From: Candidatus Nanobsidianus stetteri | Lineage (GTDB): Archaea; Nanobdellota; Nanobdellia; Nanobdellales; Nanobdellaceae | DNA: 28,372 nucleotides | Direction of reading: 5' to 3' | Assembly: GCF_003086415.1 (NCBI RefSeq) | Contig: NZ_QEFP02000010.1 | Location: 1-28,372, forward strand | Shown here: piece after piece, positions 25,029-28,372 of the stretch | Position numbering within the stretch: position 1 is the first letter of the stretch | Layout of the letters: each line of letters starts with the position of its first letter | The notes under the pieces: generated by a model | The model's database searches: none | What the model was told of the DNA's origin: nothing | The model's input: only the letters and a program-made list of their open reading frames with translations | Made by a program: the position numbers and the translations under genes

Positions 25029-26705
25029 TTATACTGAAAATGGTAATGATGAAGGTCCATTTATATAGAAATTCTTCAGTATTTCCCATACTTCAAAGAA
25101 ATCAAATATCTCATATTCAACCATCTTTTTTAATATCTTAGCTCTATAATCTAATATCTGATATATTTTTCTTTTATCATCAATTTTCATTAATGGTGCA
25201 ATTTTTCTTTCCAATATATAACTATTATATTTTCCAATAAACATATGTTTATCTTGTACGGAATTCCATGTAAATACATTCCTAACAGCAACCTTCTTTA
25301 TCTCAGCAATATATTTTTCTATTTCATATATATTTGTTACTCTTCTTTCATATCTTCCCTTTATTGTTACAGATGTTGTAAATACAGCAATATTTAAGTT
25401 ATCTATAAATGTAATTGGTATATTTATTGGTTCTCCAGTCAATCTTTCTATTAATGAAGTTATATTACCTGAGTGGAATGTTGTCATAACAGGATGACCT
25501 GTTTGCATTGCCTGGAATGCTACATATCCCTCTTTACCTCTTATCTCACCTATTAGTATATAATTTGGTCTAGATCTTAATGCTGCTCTTAATAGATCAT
25601 ACATAGATACATCTGCACTTTTTCCAACTTCTCTTGTAATTAATCTTTGCCATATATTATGTGGTATATTTAATTCAGGTGTATCTTCTACAGAATAAAC
25701 CTTTGCATCAGGTTTAATAAATGTAGCTAATGCATTTAATAATGTCGTTTTTCCTGATGCAGTTTCTCCAGATACTACTATGTTCATTCCATTTTCAATT
25801 GCTAGCCATAAATAAGCAGCTTCCTCCGGAGAAATTGTACCAAAAGAAATTAATTGTGTTATACTCAATGGTTTTGCAGAGAATTTTCTTATTGTAAATG
25901 AAGATCCATGCAAAGATATATCTTTACCATATATAAAATTAACTCTTGATCCATCTGGTAATATTGCATCAACTATTGGTCTTGTTTCTGATGCTGGCCT
26001 ATCAACTATTTGTGAATATTTAATTATATATTTATTTAAATCTTCTTCATTTTTAAATTCTCTATTTGTTTTAAGCATTCCAAATATTTTATGTACAACA
26101 TAGATTGGACCTAAACCCAATATATGGACATCCTCTAAATAAGGATCTCTTAAAAATGGTTCTAAAAAACCATAACCAAATCTTTCCCTAATTAAGAAAT
26201 ATAATAACTTATCATATTCTTCTTTATTTTTTATATATACTTTATCAGAAAATAATTTTCTTCTTTGAAAATCAATAACCTTATTAAATAGATCAATTAT
26301 GTACCTTCTTACTTCTTCAACATTATTAAAGTTAATATCTTCTATTGCATATTTAACAATTTTTGTTTGTATTTGTTCCAATTTTTTCTTTTCATTATCA
26401 TTTAATTCAGGTTCTATTACATTATATAATGTTTCTCCAGATGGTAATTTATATATATGAATAAATATCGGATCTCCAACAGGATATAATATATTAAATT
26501 CAGTTCTAGATCTTAAAGAAAAATCTAGAGAAGTCATCCATTCGGGAGGACCAATTTTTAATGATATTTCATTAATATAATTTCTAAGATGCTCATATTT
26601 ATTCAATGCTTCATCAAATGATGTAGTTATATCATTAGTTATTACTTTTGCATTTTCCCTTTTTATTATATATTCTTGTTTTGTTTCTTGTATTTGTTCA
26701 GGCAT
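25029..26705 (-). CDS. arlI: archaellum assembly ATPase ArlI/FlaI (558 aa)
   Basis: Type II/IV secretion ATPase fold markers: Walker A GETASGKTT, Walker B ILIGEIRG and His-box TGHPVMTTFH. Its start overlaps the arlH stop. Confidence 0.9.
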   Translation of the reverse strand: MPEQIQETKQEYIIKRENAKVITNDITTSFDEALNKYEHLRNYINEISLKIGPPEWMTSLDFSLRSRTEFNILYPVGDPIFIHIYKLPSGETLYNVIEPELNDNEKKKLEQIQTKIVKYAIEDINFNNVEEVRRYIIDLFNKVIDFQRRKLFSDKVYIKNKEEYDKLLYFLIRERFGYGFLEPFLRDPYLEDVHILGLGPIYVVHKIFGMLKTNREFKNEEDLNKYIIKYSQIVDRPASETRPIVDAILPDGSRVNFIYGKDISLHGSSFTIRKFSAKPLSITQLISFGTISPEEAAYLWLAIENGMNIVVSGETASGKTTLLNALATFIKPDAKVYSVEDTPELNIPHNIWQRLITREVGKSADVSMYDLLRAALRSRPNYILIGEIRGKEGYVAFQAMQTGHPVMTTFHSGNITSLIERLTGEPINIPITFIDNLNIAVFTTSVTIKGRYERRVTNIYEIEKYIAEIKKVAVRNVFTWNSVQDKHMFIGKYNSYILERKIAPLMKIDDKRKIYQILDYRAKILKKMVEYEIFDFFEVWEILKNFYINGPSSLPFSV

Positions 26706-27409
26706 TATACATATGAAGATATTTCAATTATTAGCCCTATATTTGGCTCTACTCTAAATGGTATTAATGTACTATATATACCCATTGGATATCTAAATCT
26801 CTTTACCTCTATTATTTTTAATAAAGATGATTCTCCAATGGAAGAAAACCTTAAATTAAAGTATATATCTGCAATTCTCCTTATATTTCTTACAAAAAAT
26901 CTATTTATTTCTGAAGGATTATATGTTAAAATAATTGTTTTATCCAGATTTTTTATTTTACTTAAAAATTCAATTAATCTTATTGAATCCATTTTATCTA
27001 ATCCATTTATTAATGGATATGATAAAGAATCTAATATTATTAACTCATTTTCTAATAATTTTTTAGATTTTTCTTTTGTTAGTTCAAATATTAAATTTTC
27101 TTTTTCCTTTATTCTATTAAATAAGTTAAGTGTTGGTATAAATAATAATTTTTGATTTAATAAATAATCTTTTATATCATAACCCAATGATTCCATTTGT
27201 TTAATAAAGTCTACAACTGATAACTCTGTAGAAATATAGGTTGCAGTATGATTATTTGATAGAGCTCCATATAATATTCTTTGGCATATTATACTCTTTC
27301 CAGTCCCATTTTCTCCTTCAATTATAAATATACTACCTTTTGGAATTCCCCCTCCGATTCTATTTGAAAATTCATCCCTATCTAAATAAACATTAATATA
27401 TTCTACCAT
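26705..27409 (-). CDS. arlH: archaellum protein ArlH/FlaH (RecA/KaiC-like, 234 aa)
   Basis: Walker A GENGTGKS in a KaiC-like protein sitting directly upstream of arlI. It has single-base TAATG overlaps on both sides. Confidence 0.85.
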   Translation of the reverse strand: MVEYINVYLDRDEFSNRIGGGIPKGSIFIIEGENGTGKSIICQRILYGALSNNHTATYISTELSVVDFIKQMESLGYDIKDYLLNQKLLFIPTLNLFNRIKEKENLIFELTKEKSKKLLENELIILDSLSYPLINGLDKMDSIRLIEFLSKIKNLDKTIILTYNPSEINRFFVRNIRRIADIYFNLRFSSIGESSLLKIIEVKRFRYPMGIYSTLIPFRVEPNIGLIIEISSYV

Positions 27410-27795
27410 TATGGGCTAATATAATATAAAGATGATTGGCCATTACAAAATGTTATTGTTAAATTATCCCCAGCATTTACTGGATAACTTACATTCAATT
27501 CTATTGTATACTGATTTAATACTTTATATGTAAAGTTAACCATTGTATTTCCTACCTCTATATTATTTATACAATTAGATGGATTTATATTCTGTACCAA
27601 ATACAATATTGAATAATTACCATAATTATTATAATTTACTATATAATTTACTTGACTTTCATATGTTGGGTTTGTTATATTTGATATTTCATTTGCAATT
27701 ATTTTTCCTGCTGAAGAGTAAAAGTTGAAAAATGAACTTAATACGAAATATCCAGCTACAAATAGAATAAATAAATATATTAATTCTCTTATCAT
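27409..27795 (-). CDS. ArlF/ArlG (FlaF/FlaG)-family archaellum protein (128 aa)
   Basis: An N-terminal hydrophobic helix (LIYLFILFVAGYFVL) followed by a beta-rich domain. It sits between the arlD/E-like gene and arlH. Only one F/G-type gene is present here. Confidence 0.55.
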   Translation of the reverse strand: MIRELIYLFILFVAGYFVLSSFFNFYSSAGKIIANEISNITNPTYESQVNYIVNYNNYGNYSILYLVQNINPSNCINNIEVGNTMVNFTYKVLNQYTIELNVSYPVNAGDNLTITFCNGQSSLYYISP

Positions 27796-28372
27796 CTTTT
27801 TATTGGTGATATATATCCTTTTTGAATTAGCTCATTATATAGATCTTTTAATCTCTCAATATTATTTGAACTACCTATCTGTGCTAATTTTGATATTATA
27901 TATAGACTTACTATATGATCCATTGGTAATAACTTTTTATTTTCTCCCTCAACATTCTTTAATCCATTTAAATATTCCTTTAATTTTATTTTTACTTTTT
28001 CAGTTATCCAATTAATTGATTCATAATAATCCAATGCATCATCTACTTCTTCTACATTTGATTTTTTAACTAAATATGCTAACCAACCAATTATAATTGA
28101 AGAAACAGTTGGATTATCATCAAGCTTACTTAATGGTAATATATTATTTTCTTTATTTTCTTCTTTATTTTCATTTATAACTTGAACATTTGATTCTTCT
28201 TTTTTTTCTTCTTCTACAAATGGATTATAACTTTTTATTAGCATTTCATATATAGAAAAAATTTTCTCTAAATTATTTTTAATACTATTTATTTCATTTT
28301 GATGACTTTCTATTGCAGAGTTAATATTTGAAATATTACTTGAAATTTCAGATACTTTATTCTCTAGTTCTC
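27792..28372 (-). CDS. arlD: ArlD/E (FlaD/E)-like archaellum protein, 5'-partial (open to the window edge)
   Basis: The C-terminal region LDDNPTVSSIIIGWLAYLVKK..ALDYYESINWITEKV matches the FlaD/E domain pattern. The frame stays open upstream of the track ATG (28244) to position 28372, reading a coiled-coil-like ELENKVSEISSNISNINSAIESHQNEINSIKNNLEK. Confidence 0.6.
   Translation of the reverse strand, partial: ELENKVSEISSNISNINSAIESHQNEINSIKNNLEKIFSIYEMLIKSYNPFVEEEKKEESNVQVINENKEENKENNILPLSKLDDNPTVSSIIIGWLAYLVKKSNVEEVDDALDYYESINWITEKVKIKLKEYLNGLKNVEGENKKLLPMDHIVSLYIISKLAQIGSSNNIERLKDLYNELIQKGYISPIKR

Noticed and set aside
351-28015. Track ORFs antisense to better-supported genes: 351..572, 1906..2100, 2078..2317, 6781..7086, 8401..8583, 9054..9257, 10533..10856, 12482..12664, 13457..13744, 15382..15591, 17718..17924, 18219..18533, 23686..24012, 26676..27155 and 27725..28015
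   Set aside because: All are Ile/Phe/Leu/Ser-rich, low-complexity translations of the complement of AT-rich coding or conserved intergenic sequence. Each overlaps a gene with clear motifs or paralog support, and none has a motif of its own.
1-28372. tRNA, rRNA, RNase P or SRP RNA genes
   Set aside because: No GC-rich structured stretches of suitable length occur in the intergenic regions. The only locally GC-richer intergenic patch is the C/D sRNA candidate.

Overview
Very AT-rich archaeal chromosomal window. Recognisable genes are a partial archaellum cluster (arlD/E-like, arlF/G-like, arlH, arlI), an archaeal-type tyrosyl-tRNA synthetase, and an Lrp/AsnC regulator divergent from an AsnRS-like asparagine synthetase. 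There is also a complete Type I R-M operon (hsdM-hsdS-hsdR plus an HExxH metallopeptidase) and a chorismate mutase/prephenate dehydrogenase. The standout feature is an unrecognised multigene family: 8 intact ORFs, one frameshifted copy and one remnant, all on the minus strand. They form two tandem arrays (about 2.9-5.7 kb and 16.2-22.8 kb). Each copy is a cassette: a conserved promoter flank with a palindromic TATA-like core about 26 nt upstream of the ATG, a highly diverged ORF, and a conserved T-rich 3' flank. The ORFs share an M-[DN]-x-Q-Q start, a helical segment and a Cys ladder. The arrays lie among gene debris and structural scars. A 227-bp perfect direct repeat of the lrp 3' end brackets array 1. 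Both arrays share the same degraded left-boundary modules. A GC-richer roughly 1.45-kb segment carrying tyrA has overwritten one cassette. One cassette is frameshifted in an A9 tract. No rRNA, tRNA, CRISPR array, transposase or integrase was found. All calls come from reading the sequence and the ORF translations; no database search was possible.
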